Positions 12,567 to 26,336 of a stretch of 64,000 nt of DNA are shown here, one piece after another. The notes below the pieces were generated by a model that had not been told where the DNA came from, did not search any database, and saw only the letters and a list, made by a program, of their open reading frames with translations. The position numbers and the translations under genes are program-made. The DNA is from Botryllus schlosseri. Taxonomy: Eukaryota. The first letter of the stretch is position 1. The number at the start of each line of letters is the position of its first letter. Where the stretch lies: positions 436,001 to 500,000 of the forward strand of contig CM119373.1 in assembly GCA_051294905.1 (NCBI GenBank), in the 5' to 3' direction.

Positions 12567-14621
12567 CAGGGCTGTGGAGTCGGAGTCGGAGTCGGGGTCA
12601 TTTTCGCTTGATGGAGTCGGAGTCGGAGTCGGAGTCGTGAAAACTATAATAGCTGGAGTCGGAGTCGGTGGGAAAATACTGACTGGAGTCGGAGTCGGAG
12701 TTTGTGAAAATGACTCTGACTTCGACTCCGACTCCGACTCCAACTTCTCTATCATGGAAACATTTGATTTCAAAGAATTTTCAATAGAATTTTTATGTAC
12801 CACCAATCACTGTTATTATTAACCATACAGATCAGGTGCGGCCAGCCCGTGGCACGCAGGCCAAATTTGGCACACGAGAAGGTTAGGTGTGGCCTGCGAG
12901 GTAATTCTCGAATTATTTATGACATCAGGTACAATTGCAAGGCCAACCAAAATTTGATTAGCATGACCGCGAAATTTGATGATGACTAAAACAACAGTTC
13001 TGACGCATTGACGTATCCAGGGGCCAGCAGCATTTATCCCAGATCTTCGTATATGACCATGAAGTAGAATATTTCATAGCAGATTTATTTGACTTGAAAT
13101 ATTTCTCGGTACTTCGCATGATTCATTGTCACTAGATTTCTTGCATTCAGTATTTGAGCCCCCTTCTGAAAATTACAAATACATATTATTCACAGAATTG
13201 AGTCGAACTATATTCGCAATTAGTAGATACGGCTTCGCTTGTGCACTCGCAGCGAGATCGACAAAGCATTTGCACAAAATGATACAGGCATGTTCTGATA
13301 CCGTCGATTTTGCTATGTCTAAACGTCGAATAATCCTGTCCTTGCCAAATGAGCTCAGTGGTATACAGATGCGACCCTCAATGTATGTTAGCGACATATT
13401 TATCGATATAGCTAAGCCTAATTCAGTCGTTATCTTGCAAAAAAATTTTGGGCTTCGCGCGACCAGGGCCTGATTGCGGATTGCACAGTTGCATGACATA
13501 TTTTTATCAATTTTAGAGCGTATTAATATAAGTCTTGTTTGCAATGTTACCTAATTCGGTTCGCTCCTATCGACGACTAAAAAAAGTTATCAACATTCCA
13601 GTTGCCCGCGCAATGGTTCGTAAATCTCAGGTGCCCATTTCGCCGAAAAAGTTGCCCACCCCTGATATAGATAAAATTAGACATTACTTGCAAATTACAA
13701 CTCAGTTGCAGAGGGGAAGAAAATCGCAAGATGCGTTTCGCGATGCAGTCAAAATTGATGCAATTTTTGGAATTATACCATGATACTGTGGCAGAGAAAC
13801 TGCATCGGCTGGTTTTGTAAAATTGTAAAAATGATGTAAATATGACCAAACGATGCTTCCCACTTGACAAAATTGAAAATATTTGTAGTGTAGCTTAGCT
13901 GTTTTGGTCGAACAAATGATTAAGAAAGACTGCAAGTCCCAATCGTTGAATACTTGATTAAGTACATGTAGACTATAGACATAGGATACGGTCTTTGACT
14001 ACTTAACTAAATTCCATTTATGACCAATGTCTATTATTAGTAGTAAGAGTGTTTGTGCTTGTAATCAGGATAGTGTGCAATGACAAAGTTAGTAAGTTCA
14101 ATTTCTTTATTAGTTGCTGAGTCATACACAAGAGCTACACTTGGATTTTTTATCTACATTTTTATTATACAGGATTGGATATCTGCCATATTTGAATGAT
14201 TCATACATTTCAGGATATTAGGGAGTCCATGTTATAAAAACTTGAATAAGGAAGGATATTTAGCAAATCTTTAGTTTATGTTAATTGCATAGTGGATAAT
14301 TCGAGCTGTGCCACAGTTAAACAATTTAGTATGCCACAGTTAATCATATGTTTGCATATGTTTAATGGTTGTATGATAGTCATCCAACAGACAATGTGGC
14401 ATATAATTTTCGAAGTAAATTGGTAATAATGCTGGAGTCGGAGTCGGGAGTCGGAGTCGGAGTCGGTACGTTTAAAGACCCAGGAGTCGGAGTCGGAGTC
14501 GGAGTCGGTACCTTTAAAGACTCAGGAGTCGGAGTCGGAGTCGGAGTCGGTATATTGAAAATGTGTGGAGTCGGAGTCGGAGCCGGAGTCGGTGGTAAAA
14601 TTTACCGACTCCACAGCCCTT
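12567..14621. mobile_element. Non-autonomous hAT element with (GGAGTC)n subterminal arrays
   Basis: TIR CAGGGCTGTGGAGTCGG...CCGACTCCACAGCCCT; arrays at 12576-12741 and 14434-14592; TSD degenerate. Confidence 0.75.
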
Positions 14622-15328
14622 GTGCATGCATATTTTCTGTACCACCACCACTGCCGTGTGTTATGTATTTTAGTTGGATGAAAATAAAGACACTCTCTCT
14701 CTCGCTCTATCTCTGTGGTCAGAGAGGATGAAATATTACTTGCAAAATCTATATGCAATGACCAATATTATTGACCGATTTAATCATGAAGTATAGAAAA
14801 TTTTCGTGCGATGAGGACGTCTACACTCACTGATTACCAATATGAAATCTCGAACACAGGTAGTAGTGAAAACGGTCATTCCAATGGGGATCTGTGGACT
14901 GCGTTCCCCAGACGTTTGGTCCATCACCCTATGGAGGGGGCAAGACCAACGTTTTTTGGGGGGCTGACGAAGTGCTGTTTCGACCCCGAGGCTGTATAAC
15001 GTTAATCACTTCGAAGAGATTAATAGTTCAGTAATTTTATGTATCTCATCAGCCGCGGTGATGAGATTTTCGTAGCCCATTGTCGATTTCGGATTAGTTC
15101 TGTCAGCAGTCAGTCACTGAATATGATGATTACTTTATTAGCGCTATTTCAATGTTCGGTGTTTTGCTTCTTTACAAATAGTCCTGGTCGGGAAATACCA
15201 GGTTATTTCCATGGGAAGCTGCTGGCATTATTTTCCATACAGTGACCAATTAGGGCACAAATTAAAACTTGAGAAGTCATCCCTTCAGCTACGACATTAT
15301 AACAGCAGGTAGGCCTAGTACTCAAATC

Positions 15329-15476
15329 CAGAGTTGTACAATTAATTGTAATTGTAATTGGGCTGGATGTAATAGAATTACATTTTTCATTGTAATCCTA
15401 ATTTGATATTTCTAACATGAAGTAATTGTAATTGTAATTGTAATTGAGCTGAAATATCGTAATTGATCCAACTCTG
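15329..15476. mobile_element. Small MITE with (TAATTG)n
   Basis: TIR CAGAGTTG...CAACTCTG; no TSD match. Confidence 0.5.
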
Positions 15477-15723
15477 ATGTGCACTGCAGATATATTAGCT
15501 CTCTTTCTCATACACCGGAACAAATAGTAATATATCTTGATCGGAACCCGATCCAACCTGGTCGTCCAGCAGACTTGTACAGACCATACTGGATTTTGAA
15601 AATGTGCAAATAGAACTGGAACTGGAACTTTTAAAACTTTTAAAAAATCTGAAACTAATTACTGAAAAACAACTACCTAGATTGAATTCCGAATCATTCA
15701 TTTTTATTTTATCGGAATCGGAT

Positions 15724-16281
15724 CTGTTTATCGTCTGAACAGCAGCACAGATTTGGAATGAGGCGGTTTCGATCCCCGCAACACGACCCCTGTATGTATA
15801 TGTGTCATTGCCGTTATGGCTGCAAGAACATCACGTGTCACAAACACGTGTTTTATATTTGATAGGCAATTAGATTTATTTTAGAAGTGGGGTTACCACT
15901 AGAACTACTCAAAACACATTTGTTAATTCACCATGCACTGACTAAAGTATATTGGTAGCTTGTACAAGTCTGTCGTCGGGGTAGAAAAGCTATGGCGATA
16001 AGTCTGTTTATCGTCTGAACATCAGCAGAGATTTGGAGTGAGGGGGTTTCGACCCCCCACAACACGCCCCCTGTATATGTATCATTGTCGTTATGGCTGC
16101 AAGAACATCACGTATCACAAACATTGTTTTCTGTTTGATAGGCAATTACATTTATTTTAGAAGTGGGGTTACCACTAGAACTACTCAAAACACAGTTGTT
16201 AATTGACCATGTACTGACTAAAGTAGATTGTTAGTTTGTACCAGTCTGTCGTCGGGGTAGAAAAGCTATGGCGATAAAGTC
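15724..16281. repeat. ~280-bp diverged tandem duplication
   Basis: ctgtttatcgtctgaac...agaaaagctatggcgataa occurs twice. Confidence 0.85.
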
Positions 16282-16355
16282 TACAGCCATAACGAAACCA
16301 TAAAGAAACCAATCATTGGTGTTATAGTTGATGAATATGAAAAAAATATACAAAC

Positions 16356-16559
16356 CTTGTTTCTGACTCCAGCGTCGAATCATAGCAACTCTTCTTCCGT
16401 ATTCTGTTCTGTTGTCGCTCTTAATTTCATCTAATTCCGAATAGCTCAAGCTGAGCCCGGTACCGGCAGATGCAAATTTTTCGAATTCTTGGCCGCTTGA
16501 AAAACGAGAGGACATAATTGGCGCTACGTCTTCTAGACGCGCCTTCTCTGTAGTTGGAG
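16356..16559 (-). CDS. Death-domain exon (204 nt, phase 1-1)
   Basis: cttttgtttcag|CT...CAAG|gtttgt; LEDVAPIM...FEKFASAGTGLSLSYSELDEIKSDN...VAMIRRWSQKQG fits the death-domain pattern. Confidence 0.75.
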
Positions 16560-17590
16560 CTGAAACAAAAGAAACCTTGAGATGCGCTTAAAATTGTATC
16601 ACTAACACTCTCGTCGTGTTGGTCGTTTACGTTCAAACGAACCATTAGTATTCTTCACTTCAAAATGTTGGCTTCTAAAATGGAACACGAATGCCATTCG
16701 TACACTCTTGTTCCGGACCGTTCGCACAATTATTACTAAGTTATTGAAACCATTTGTTCTCAACCGCCAGTCCATATTATATTATGCAGCGAACAATTAT
16801 TTTATATGTGTTTAGTCGGTTTATTATCATTTTCGTTATTCACACTAAAACTGATAAATACACATATAATCCCGGGAGCAACCTGCCCTGAAAGTAAGAT
16901 GGCGAGCTTGCAGTAAATTTTAAAAATTTCAGTAATACAGTCAAACTGTTATTCCTATGCAATGCATGAAGAGGTCAGATTACAGAATTGCTGTAGTTGA
17001 AGAATTGGCAAGGGTTGCAGAGCAGAGGGAGAGATGATTGAAAATGAAGAATCGAAATTACGGATTCAGCTAAAAGGTGCATTCGAGGCCTTCCGAAGAA
17101 TATGAACAGCGCCCAATAACGTGATCTTTTGGATCCAGTCGAATCGAACGTTACCCGGAATCTGTTGGATATGCCTCATGAGTTTTTTGCTCACGACCCC
17201 TGCAATGCCAGTAACTATCGGTACAATGTTCATCTTGAATCACCCCACTTTTCTCACTAAAATTAGGCGAATAGCGAGAATCTAATATTGCAAGGGTTCG
17301 AATCAATTGACGGCGTATAGCCGTATGTATGCTATGTATGTAGCCTATATTGGGGTTATGATGCTTATCAGCTATGGCGTATAGCCGTCTTGACCCCGTT
17401 ATCGGTGTTTGAGGTTTTTAAACTGTCGAGACTTGGGCATTTGTGCTGTATTGTAATATAACCCCTTTAAACAACTTTCGTTATAGGTCGTTCGACTGTC
17501 TTCCAGTGTTGGGATCAAGTCACTACCTTCGAGTCACGTGTCATCTCGAGTCATTGCACATTTTGACTCGAGTCAAGTCAATTCACTCGC

Positions 17591-18090
17591 TTTTGGAGGT
17601 GACTCGAGTCAAGTCGAGTCAATCGATTTTCAAAGGTGAATCGAGTCAAGTCAAGTCTCTCGTTTTTTGGAGTTGACTCGAGTCAAGTCGAGTCAATCGA
17701 TTTTCAAAGGTGAATCGAGTCAAGTCCAGTCTCTCGTTTTTGGAGGTGACTCGAGTCAAGTCGAGTCAATCGATTTTCAAAGGTGAATCGAGTCAAGTCC
17801 AGTCTCTCGTTTTTGGAGGTGACTCGAGTCAAGTCGAGTCAATCGATTTTCAAAGGTGAATCGAGTCAAGTCCAGTCTCTCGTTTTTGGAGGTGACTCGA
17901 GTCAAGTCGAGTCAATCGATTTTCAAAGGTGAATCGAGTCAAGTCCAGTCTCTCGTTTTTGGAGGTGACTCGAGTCAAGTCGAGTCAATCGATTTTCAAA
18001 GGTGAATCGAGTCAAGTCAAGTCTCTCGTTTTTTGGAGGTGACTCGAGTCAAGTCGTGTCAAGTCAAGTCAAGTCACAAGTCAAGTCAAA
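17591..18090. repeat. 73-bp minisatellite (~6.5 copies) inside a GACTCGAGTC-family MITE starting ~17504
   Basis: Unit starts at 17601, 17675, 17748, 17821, 17894, 17967, 18041. Confidence 0.9.
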
Positions 18091-19726
18091 TTGAATTTTC
18101 GCAGTATGAGTGATGATGCAAAGTCATTACATTTTGCTAACTGGGTGAAATACAATGAATATAAATTTGAATAAACATGCATAAAGGCGTTGTATTGCCC
18201 ACGCACACGAATTGCTAATATAATACGTGAATACCTGTATACTTACATGCTAGAGTCTGTTATTATCAGCCAAAATAGAGGATCGAATACGAAGCCTCGA
18301 GAAGTTGAAACAAATCGAAATGGTACAATACACTATCCATTAGGGGTAGGCCTACTTAAAAATGACTTTTTTCTCAAATAGTACTGGCTACTTGATAAAT
18401 TGTTAGGTTACCTAATTAAACGCTGCACACCAAATTTGGCCCAATTCCAGCCAGTAGCCGTATTGCTACAGAAGAAAGTTTCTCTTTCATATCTGACGTA
18501 CAGGTAGTGTGTTTTACAAGAAACTTTAAGTTTTTTATATGACGTCAGCTGTCGCAATTCCGAAGATTCAATTAATAATTATCCGTGGAGGCATCAAATT
18601 TTGGTATGACACATTTGAGTGGGGCCATGTCTTGGGATTCATTTAATTACCAACCTTGATGCCGCATATCCTGCAGTCCGTCAAAATATCGGTCAACCAC
18701 CTAAGCATTTTCGGTGGGTTATTGGAGAAAGCAAAGCCTACATTAATAATGCTCATTTGATTGAGATTGGAATGCAGTCAATAATAGTCTATGCGAATGA
18801 TGATCACAGCCTGATGTATCCACCTGATAGAACCGACCTTATAATTACACCCTGGAATAAATTGAACACAATACTTCAATCCAAATGATGCTTGACAAAC
18901 TACAACTAGCACATATAGGGACGTAGAAAGGAAAGGAATTAGACAGGTAGGGTGTATGACGCAAAGTAACCAAAAGAACTAGGGTAGCGATTGAATAAAT
19001 GCAGAGAAAGAAAACGCCGATCGAGGATGATGATTGGCTCAAATTGGGTCTAAATTGAGAAACACAAAGAAGGAAACGCTGCTCATTCGCTAACAAATCT
19101 GGTGAAGTATTCGATCGAGACCCCGTTAACGGGGTTTCTGAATTTTGAGGTATAGGATGTGATTTGATGTACCACATTTACCAGGGTTGTAATGACTCGA
19201 ATGGCGACTTTTTGATTTCGATGATCAACTAAACTCGAGTCAATTTAGGCATTGACTCGACTTGTACGGGAGTCATTGCGCATGACTCGATCAAATCAGA
19301 TACGAGTCGAGACTCGTATGGCCATATAGCAGGCATTTCATTGCAACTTCGACGAAAAATCAAAGTTATTATTACATTATTGGTATTTCGTCTATCAGTA
19401 CTGGTACCTCAGCTATCGCGTCAGAAACTGTTAAGAGTGAGGAAATAAACATGCGATGTATCACCCAAGCAGTGTTGTAATAAGTGGGTTAAACATGACT
19501 TGAACTCTAAACTTAACAGTAAACACAATGACTCGGACTCGATCCTCAGAACGGACTTGGACTCTGACTTGGCTCGGTTGAGAATTTAGGATTACCCGAC
19601 ATTACTCGAATCAAAATGATGAAAGAAAGATTGACTTGCGAGTCGAAACCAGTTGAATTCGCACGTCAGTCATATCACTCATGTCATGCAGATAGTGATA
19701 CCCGCTTCAAAACAAATTTCACTCAC

Positions 19727-20539
19727 CCTGTCCCAAGCAATATTGGAAACAATCTGCCTTTCGCAACGGCTTACCGCCCTCCCGAAGTTCGAACTCGAGT
19801 GTTATGTTCATTTTCGTGCCGTCACTCTCCAACTGACACAGACCGTACGACGGGATCGAATATTTGATGATGTTTTCAATGCCGTGCGAAAAGGATCCGC
19901 TTGCCACGAATTCGAAACCATGGCGAGGTTTCACGCATTTGATACAGCTGTCAATTGTCTGGGTCATCGTGCACGGCAATGGGCAGAAATCCATCGTCTT
20001 GAAATCGGCACCGAGATTATTTTTCATGTCGACCATCAGTTGATTTCTGTCTGGTTCTGAGTGACGGATCAAAGCTACCCCGAAGTCGGAATTTTTAAAA
20101 CAGATTATCGGCCGAACTACATAGGTAACCGTCGACGACTGCTCATCCCTGAGAGTCCCGATGTATTGACCGCCTTCGCGCGACTGAAATTGCAGAGATG
20201 CTGCATTTCTCACTGTGACCGGTGTGATTACCACCCATTTTTTCGTATCGTCGTTGAACTGCATTAGATCAATGCCTACGTTATCGTCTTGAAAAATACA
20301 CCAGGACGGTAACGCCATTGTTGCCTGTTTCTGTAGGTTTTTGGCGTGCAAGAGAAGTGTTGGAGTTATAGCTTCCCTTCCAGCCGGCCACTTCTCCACG
20401 TCAATTTCGACCGTCACCGTAACGGGCTGGGTCCCAGTAAAGGTTCCGGCGGGGAAGTCGACTTTGCATCCTCCAACTTCAATATTTCCCGCTTCCTTGT
20501 CCATAGTAACCGTGCTCGTTTCGCGGGGAACCTTTTTGA
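19727..20539 (-). CDS. ZU5-UPA-like exon (813 nt, phase 1-1)
   Basis: Acceptor aaagcag|TC, donor CAGG|gtgagt; GNIEVGGCKVDFPAG...AITPTLLL aligns along its length with the 7410 exon. Confidence 0.8.
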
Positions 20540-21592
20540 CTGCTTTGACATCGACAGAAAATTGTAATTAAGATTTTGTTGTAATATATAGTCAAGGGAG
20601 GTGCTTATCCAACTTAAGACACAGCAGGAGTGTTAGACGATGACAATTGCCAAGAGCGATCTTCGGGCTCAATCATTACTTGTTAAACAGAGGAAATCAT
20701 CTTGTTTGAAATATAAGATGTCGCACTTGGCAGCATCGTGAACCTGAGCGATTCGATTTTGAGTCGTGTATATTAGGCTTCGAGTCGAGTATCAATAATA
20801 TGATGTTATAAGAGTAGAAAGGATGTGGTAAGTTTTATGCTATCATAAAAACTATAGTGACTCTTCTATATCACATTTAAGCTAATTGTTGCTTTTGTGA
20901 CTATAGGTTTGCATTTAGTTTACAGTGTTTTAAACAAAGGCTTTGTTAAAAAAAAAAATTAGTTATATAAATATGCCACAATTGTGTAAATACTTTCCAA
21001 AAGCATGTTGTATGAGTCTACGGACGACGATTTCCACCTGATATAGTCAACGTATACGATTTGGGATGCTTAGAATAGGGTTGCCATACGTCCGGAATTT
21101 TACGGGCATGTCCGGAATTTCACTGTTCAAACTAGCGTCCGGGAGGAATTTCTAGAATATGCCAAATGTCCGAAATTTTGAAGACTTGACGTAGGCTCAT
21201 ATTTTTTTTCGTAAATCAGCATAAAAACAATATTTTGTGGGAATATTTATGCTAATGCATGATATTTTTCTTCGCGCTACGCGCGATTACTATCACATTT
21301 ATTGATTTTAGTATGGAGACTACCGCCCTCGCAAAACTGCAATAAAATATAAATAAAAACAACCTTCGTTTACTGGAATAAGCCTAATTGTAATCGCACT
21401 TATAGGTGAACGCTATGTTCCTAGAGATCGTTAAGGCCGTTTAAATGCTTTATTCAAAGATAGTGGTTCCATACGGGGGGAGGGGGTCGTTTGCCTTTAT
21501 TATGGGGTTTGCGAATATGTTGAACGTAATCAGCTTCCAAAATAGTCCGTGAGTAAGTCTGGGCAAAGGTGCTGACTTCTTTTAGTAATCAG

Positions 21593-22769
21593 TAGGGCGA
21601 TTTTTTTTTGACATGTCAAAAAAAGTAAAAATTAGGCCAAAATTGTAGCGTTAGGTCAAACTTTGTAAAAATTGTTTACAAAATCAAACATTTTTTGACC
21701 TCTACATTTCGTTTGTATCGTAGATTTTGCGCTGTCTGTGAACTTATCATTTGATAATTTACAGCCTGTAGCCTACTTTTTTGGCCTACCGTTGTAAACG
21801 GCCCATCGTCTGCTCATTGAGAATCATAAACGGTCAAATGAAACAAATAGTGACATGATTTTATGGTCAACGTACCGCAATATCCTAACTGAAGCAAGAC
21901 TGCTTGGGCATTGCATGGTTCTTAAATCATGAAGCGCAAGCTGAAAAATTGTGATATAGACAACATTGTCAGAATGAAGCAACACGGTGCATCACCAGCA
22001 AGCAGTGTGCACACAACTTCAGTGTTGTCAGCTAACAACTGCTGCTGTTGAACGTTCTTTCTCCATTCTTGACAAGCTACTTAGTAAGAACAGACACTTT
22101 CTACCCGAGATAGCGCAGTGGTATAATCCGCGGCTGCAACACCAATGGGTGTGGGTTCGATTCCGACCGATGTCGACTTCATAATTCCGATAGCTAAGTG
22201 TTGGAGGTTTACCTAGGCTCCGCCCCGCCACCTCATCCACGTAAGCGGTGTCTTACAAAAAAGCCTAGAGGTGGGCCGTGCTATATGTTGGCAGTTACGG
22301 AAAATAATGAAGAATATCGGCCTGGTGTGAATGACCATAGTAGTTGAAAAACACCATGAATACCACAAAACAAACAAACAAAACAAACACTTTCTACCCG
22401 AGAATGTAGGAAAGTATCTTTCGTTGTACTACAACAAATTTTAATTATTTCACCATAATACGTAATGTAACTATACTGCAATTCTTCATAGGGCCAGATT
22501 TCGTTAAAATACTAGTTTTTTCATGTAAAAATATGTCAGTTTTTGAGCCAAAAACGTTCTTTCAGGCCAATCTACTTTGTAGGGACAGACAGTTCCAACC
22601 AGAAATGAAGATAAGTAGTACAATTTTAACATTATGTGCGAAAACACCTAATTTGCATACGTGAGGTCAAAATTTGGTCAAATTTCAGTTTTTTAGGTCA
22701 AAAAAGGTCAAAATTTATATTTTTTAGGTCAAAATCATCCGTTTTTTAGGTCAAAAAAATATCGCCCTA
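21593..22769 (+). mobile_element. Nested hAT non-autonomous element with AGGTCAAA repeats and a transposase C-terminal remnant; all 4 units
   Basis: TIR TAGGGCGAT; TSD GTAATCAG (21585-21592, 22770-22777); remnant TTAAVERSFSIL...NRHFLPE|NVGKYL is split by the SINE. Confidence 0.85.
22111..22386 (+). mobile_element. tRNA-derived SINE; copies at 28107-28382, 47057-47332, 53052-53327
   Basis: A box TAGCGCAGTGG, B box GGTTCGATTCC, (CAAA)n tail, 17-bp TSD ACACTTTCTACCCGAGA. Confidence 0.85.
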
Positions 22770-24262
22770 GTAATCAGCTGGTCAAATTTTGATCTGGGCC
22801 ACGGAACATTTTCAAATTGGAGATGGAGTCGCGACCATAAAAGGTTGGAAACCACCGGATGTGGGGTGTTGATAAAGCTACGTGGTGCGCACCGGCATAA
22901 GGTTGATAAACAATTTTATCGATAGGACATGAACATGACTTGTGCAATTACGCTCCCTGTATTTCCGAACTCATCATCCTCCACAAGCTCTACCGCTAAC
23001 TCTGATCATGTGGGCGGAGAGTAGTATCTAGTAATATATGGAACTACTAATATTATTAACAGAATTCATTCAAATAATTTAACGACCAGATGCATATAGA
23101 AAGCAGATTCATATAACAAGCACCCCCCCCCTCCCCAGAAGCTGCATCGATTGCCATATAGTAAGGGCTCAAAATCAATGTTTATTTGGGCGGGAAGGGG
23201 CTGCTGAAAACATGTGCTTTCGGTCCAGGTTACACGACACACAGCCACACACTCCTGAACCGGATCGTGACCACCTCTGGTCTATGAGGAAAGCTTTGCT
23301 AGTGTGACGTCATAACTCATTTTGAAATCCACTAGTGGGCACTGAAGAGTGTCCGGAATTTGGGTTACAGAAACATGGTAACCCTAGCTTAGAACCCTCG
23401 AAATAGTCGGTTTAACAACTATAGTACGTATATATAGATCATTGGTACGAAATGAATGTTCTGATGATGATGAGCACCGACCGTAAAATGCTGCAATACG
23501 ATGGAGTTACAGATATTTTTAATCCGTATATGAAAGAGGTTGGAAGCCTATTTTGTGTAAGGAGCTATATCTACCCTATATTTGCGATTGTGAATATCAT
23601 TCATTAGCGGTACGGGTACCACAGTCGAGAACCACTGTGATTTACATGATTACAGCATACAGGTAATGCAATAGCGATATTTTCATTGCAGATAAATATT
23701 GAATTTATTTTAATATTGAGATAGCAGAAAATAATCGGTGGGGAAATTCCCCAGTTTCATCGTGGGATAAGCCATCACTGGTATACCGACATGGTCAGTA
23801 AAGAAGTAGGCTACTTGTACTTTTTCGAAGTTCCCAAGTGGTTTTACACTACTTATCCAAGTAAATATAATTTACGCCACTACTACTTCGTCATATTCTG
23901 TGATTTATGACAAATTGCATGATTCCGTTCATAACGCATTGTCGCCTATCATGACATGCTTCTTGACAGTAATATGGTTTATCAGAGCGTTTGGAGCTAC
24001 CGCTTCGCAATCTAGCATACATAACGTATAATCTAGCACCTTTCCTGACTACTTTGGGCATCTGTGTTAAAATTGCCCAACAACACTCGCAAGTGTTAGT
24101 CAGAACATTTCAAGGGTTCGCACCATCCCTAAAACTTACATTACCAATAATCTGGTCGCGATAAAATTCTATTTTATTCGATTTGCCAGATGCTGAACCG
24201 ATCTCGTCGTTTATCGAAACGCATTACAAAATACCAGAATGCAGATGAAAGTTTGTACATAC

Positions 24263-24322
24263 CTCCAGGCTTATGTTGTCCAGGCGTTACTGGAGTCCGA
24301 TGATCTTTCCGACTGACTTTGT
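24263..24322 (-). CDS. 60-nt linker exon DKVSRKDHRTPVTPGQHKPG; copies 43213-43272, 49209-49268, 55203-55262
   Basis: ttctacag|AC...GGAG|gtatgt; phase 1-1; donor is GC in units 3 and 4. Confidence 0.6.
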
Positions 24323-24902
24323 CTGTAGAATCAAATAATTGATTTATTCTCTCCATTCCAAGGCATAAATAAGTGGGGAGAATACAGTTATTATTATTTC
24401 TTTATTCACAGTCTGGTAACTGGTAACTATACATGTACAACCCGGAGAGCAACGTGCTTAAGCCTATAAATCAGGGGCGGGCAACTTATCCGGTCGGCGG
24501 GCCTGATATGGCAAAATGAAGTAGGCGTACTTGGCGGGCTGGATTGCAGATTTTATACACTAATCGCGTATTTATCCACATACATACAAGGGATAAATCG
24601 CATTTAATGTAAACTTTACGTTTAAGGCAGAGAGACCAAAACAGTATTTCATGAATATATTAACCAGATGTATTTCAATAGCCGTTGCAGACAATCATAC
24701 ATCAGTGGTCTATCAAAGTTGCACTACAGGTAAACATCAGTTATATTGAAATGCAGTCTCGTCTTTTTAATGCTCGAAATTGTCGGAAATATTTGCTCTC
24801 TAATGTATGTAGACCCGAACAGGAAAAGTAGTTGGCCATCTTTCTCAGGTCGTCAAACTTGGATTTATTCTGTGACTCATAAAATTTGTCAATACTTTCG
24901 TA

Positions 24903-26280
24903 GGGGAGACCGGGGACAATTGTAACAGTTTTTGTATTTTCGAACATTACGTGTTTTTCTCGTGGATATTTCATTTCCAAACTTTTATATAAATAAGCCA
25001 ACAACTCGATAGTTGATATAAAAACTAAAATGGATCTCAATCAATATTCAATCATGGAAATTTTGGGTCGCGAAAATTGTCGCTTAAATGTTACAATCGC
25101 CCCTTGCCCCGGGGCAATTGTAACGTCCATGCGGTGCAATTTTAACAGTGTTATTTATAACTAAAACAAACGAAATGAATAACAATTCTGCGAGCACAAA
25201 TTGTACTATTGAATTACACTAAAAAAGAGACGTTTGAACGCTTCCAGGTTACGCCCCATCGCATTTTTGGCATCTGAATAAATTCTCATCCTTCGTGCCT
25301 TCTGCATGAGCTCAAAGTGTACGAGAAACACATTCATTCCATCATATCCCTACACATATTCGGCCTCTTCTACCGAGGTGCTGTAGTTCAGCGTGCATAA
25401 AGGGTTGGGCAATCGGTCACCTGCGAAGTTGCGAAACCGAACTGGCTAAAACATCTTTGTTGAATGGGCTGATGATAGTGTACCAAAACGAGAACACAAC
25501 ATTGTGTGGCATCAAAGCTAATGGTATTTTTCTGTTCCGCACAAAATTAAAATAAATTGTTCACATCAGATGACAAAATGTAATTGGGTAATAATCAAAG
25601 TCAGAGGATGAGGATTCAGTCACGGGCAAGCTCTTAAGTGACCATTGAAGGTCGACACAACAAAAGTCGATCAACATGAGAAAGGGTGGTAGAATCACGG
25701 AAATAACCGGACCCTAAGATTCACATCACCACTTCTGTATGGCCGTTCCGACAGAGTATCATGGTAGAATTGGTATGACCAGGTAGAGTCTGTTCTGGTA
25801 TTGAACTTCTGGCTGTTGCAAGATTCATCTGCAATAGATAAATAGTTATACCAACGTATGAACACATATATTAAGCATTGAAAAGATATTGTAACGGGAC
25901 AAAAGTAACAGAGTGTTACAATTGCCCCTGATACGCTCGACCACGATTAATGTCTCAGGATGGTGCCTTCCCGGCGACGCGAGTCCTAGTTTCCCTATCA
26001 TCACGGTAGACTATGGTAACATTTTTCCAGCTACATATATTGCATTGTAACCACTTGAGGTTTTATTCTTCAAAACAAATTATTCCAGATCAGAAAATAT
26101 TTACTCAAGGGTCCAAAATTTCGTTTTTTCGAAATTATTCTGGGGTTTCGCGTCGTAACTCAACGTAACTTCAAGTATATTAGAAAACATAACTACCGCA
26201 TGTGCACTCAAAATATGAAGGCGATTTCTTCATCCTATACTAGCGGTGAGGTCGATTGTTACATTTGTCCCCGTCTTCCC
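24903..26280 (-). mobile_element. Tc1/mariner-pogo-like non-autonomous element; copies 43853-45230, 49849-51226, 55843-57220
   Basis: TA flanks; TIR GGGGAGACCGGGGACAATTGTAACA/TGTTACATTTGTCCCCGTCTTCCC; degenerate PHD-like WNECVS..*AH...FRCQKC at ~25260-25345. Confidence 0.7.
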
Positions 26281-26336
26281 TACTATAACTTCACTTGCAA
26301 GTTAGAAACTTTCTGCGGGCCGCTCAGCGGATTTAC

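Larger units (their letters stand above)
21076..23386. mobile_element. hAT (Blackjack/Tip100-like) non-autonomous element, present in all 4 units
   Basis: TIR TAGGGTTGCCAT/ATGGTAACCCTA; 8-bp TSD GCTTAGAA (21068-21075, 23387-23394). Confidence 0.85.

Noticed and set aside
12522..14758. GV-, ES- and TP-rich ORFs
   Set aside because: Translations of (GGAGTC)n MITE arrays
14830..15120. Possible next exon of the death-domain gene (gtgagt donor near 14830)
   Set aside because: No phase-1 acceptor with an open frame was found
17591..18090. CRISPR-like regular repeat
   Set aside because: No unique spacers, no cas genes, eukaryotic context; it is a minisatellite
22111..22165. tRNA gene
   Set aside because: No acceptor stem or cloverleaf; the tail and TSD mark it as a SINE
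24741..25040. 99-aa ORF repeated four times
   Set aside because: It straddles a transposon end and recurs only because of the tandem duplication
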